A DNA stretch of 64,000 bases, from NCBI GenBank assembly GCA_965202585.1, contig OZ241833.1:52886001-52950000 (forward strand), read 5' to 3'. This DNA is from Thalia democratica (lineage: Eukaryota). A program made the translations under genes and the position numbers. The notes below the pieces were generated by a model, which was not told where the DNA came from, made no database searches, and saw nothing but the letters and a program-made list of their open reading frames with translations. Shown in pieces: positions 62,198-64,000 of the stretch (position 1 is its first letter; every line of letters begins with the position of its first letter).

Positions 62198-63109
62198 ATG
62201 AGTTCAAATAATTCAATTGTAAAAGATGGTGACCAAAATGTTAAGAATATTTCTCCATGTTTAGTAGTCACATCAAACATTGATATGATCGAAAAGAAAG
62301 CAAAAGAACTATCTGATCTCGTTGAAGAAACATTTTGGAGATTAAAAGAAGAAAACTGTAGTTTGAGTTCAGAGCAATCAGCTCAAGAACAATTTAGACC
62401 GTCTGTTATACTTGATTGCGTTAGATGTTACCTTAAAAACTCATCTAAAATGGTAGAATCCAGCATTAAAATATTTGAAAAAAAGAAATCCCAGACTGGG
62501 ACTTCTAAATGCTCAACTGAGAATAAAAACAAGTTAAGTTTTGTAACAAAAAAACTTAGAAATGTTTTTACTAAAAATAAAAGCAAACGTAGTCTGGATA
62601 GTATTAAAGGACAAGAAAAAGAAAACACAACAATTTTAATTGAGTGTTTTACAAATGATCTGCAGAGTGATAAAGAAGAAAAAGAATATGAAAGAAGTTC
62701 CGGTTCAAAAGATTCAGGTTATTTTAAAACACTTGAACAATTACCAACTACTTTTGAGGATGTCCTGACTTCCACTAAAATTGATGAAGATACAAGCCGA
62801 GACAGTAAAAGTGAACAGAGCAATGATAAAGATGTTGAAAAAACAGAAAAAGAAAACCGGACTAATGATAGTTGTTCAGTCAAAGAATGCAATGAAAAGA
62901 AAGACCACGTTGCAGATATGATGAATGATCATAAAGAAGAAAAAGAAATTTTAGTGAGTAACAAAGTCGACCAAGAAGTCAACACAGATGATTGCAATTC
63001 ACATGACACCAGTTGTGAAGAAGAAACTAAAGAAGGTGTTCATTTTCTTTTCTATGTTTCGCTTCAGTATTTGTTTTTATTATTGCTTGCTTATTTACGT
63101 GCGTTTTAA
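62198..63109 (+). CDS. Orphan ORF or large first coding exon of an unknown acidic, low-complexity protein (possible donor at ~63035)
   Basis: 303-codon ORF with higher GC than the flanks and an upstream acceptor-like TTTTATATCTAG at ~62180. The sequence turns T-rich after GAAG|GTGTTC at 63035. No recognisable domain. Confidence 0.6.
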   Translation: MSSNNSIVKDGDQNVKNISPCLVVTSNIDMIEKKAKELSDLVEETFWRLKEENCSLSSEQSAQEQFRPSVILDCVRCYLKNSSKMVESSIKIFEKKKSQTGTSKCSTENKNKLSFVTKKLRNVFTKNKSKRSLDSIKGQEKENTTILIECFTNDLQSDKEEKEYERSSGSKDSGYFKTLEQLPTTFEDVLTSTKIDEDTSRDSKSEQSNDKDVEKTEKENRTNDSCSVKECNEKKDHVADMMNDHKEEKEILVSNKVDQEVNTDDCNSHDTSCEEETKEGVHFLFYVSLQYLFLLLLAYLRAF

Positions 63110-64000
63110 GTTTTACTTGAAAAATGACTTATCGGTTTAAAATTTGTATTTGATTTTTACATATAGTTGAATGTCAACCTTTTAACAGTTTCTTATAAGT
63201 TTAAAACTATTCTCTTAGAACTTTATTATTTCGTTTAAAATTTTATAGATTACTAGTTAATTAGATCTTAAGCAGCTATTTAAAAGATTGTTTTAAAATC
63301 TTTAAAACAATCTTATAAATATATATAAATAGATACTGCGTTTTAGAAATTTTATCTAGTCTTTTCATTAGAGTTGAAAACAAATAAGCTACCAAAATAA
63401 TGACTGAATGCTCTTTTATATATGTTTATACTATTTACAAACCCGATTCTAAATAAAATACTTTGTGATGAAATGTATGACATAAGATAGCTTAAATACC
63501 ATTTTTGTTATTGGTCTGCTAAACCACAGGACTTGTTTATAGTATTTAAAAAGAAAAAATTATCTCAGAAATACTCATATTAATTTGAAACATAAAATAG
63601 AATAAATAAAAAAAATAGCCATATTATTTATTTAAACGGTTATTCCAAAAACGGTTTTAATTAAGAGAGTTTATTAGTTTTAACATGTATAGTTAGTTGT
63701 TATTATATAAATATTTTGTTTAATAGTTATTATACCACTAACTATCCTTTTAATTTAAACCAATTTTACAAAATAACTATAGAGCCTAATCGTAATTAAA
63801 AAATATACGTAATAAAAACTTAGACTTGAAAAAAAGCTATAACTGATTTGTTAATAACAAAGTTTATAAATATGTAAATTAATTTGATCTTACACACAAA
63901 TGCTAGTTTTAAATTTTTGTAATTAAAATGTAGAAAATAACAGCAGTTACACTTGTAATGAGCATCATTATTTATACGCAGTTTTGTAAAGTTGTGATAA

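Overview
Very AT-rich, intron-containing eukaryotic DNA, probably from a marine invertebrate (species not determinable from sequence alone). The window is a cluster of three NLR-like innate-immune genes (CARD-like death fold, NACHT NTPase, degenerate LRR-like C-terminus), reconstructed exon by exon by eye: the 3' end of gene 0 (+, 1-847), gene 1 (+, 19657-27846, one in-frame TGA in the NACHT exon) and gene 2 (-, 44203-37363, apparently intact, 961 aa). Their C-termini are built from a repeated, frame-symmetric three-exon cassette (X-Y-Z) that varies in copy number and carries hypervariable patches. Genes 0 and 1 are related by a ~27 kb direct duplication. Genes 1 and 2 form a ~20 kb-arm tail-to-tail inverted duplication with a breakpoint at ~34.2 kb. 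Upstream of genes 1 and 2 lie arrays of ~1.55 kb units with a conserved, motif-rich core (7 copies). Mobile DNA includes a recent Gag-retaining, pol-deleted Ty3/gypsy element with identical 104-bp LTRs 165 bp upstream of gene 2, an older relative with two nested hAT MITEs, Penelope-like fragments (one with a twin-priming-type 5' inversion), a foldback-type element, a pogo-like MITE and a newly expanded minisatellite. An orphan acidic ORF/exon lies at the right end. All calls are manual; no database searches were run.
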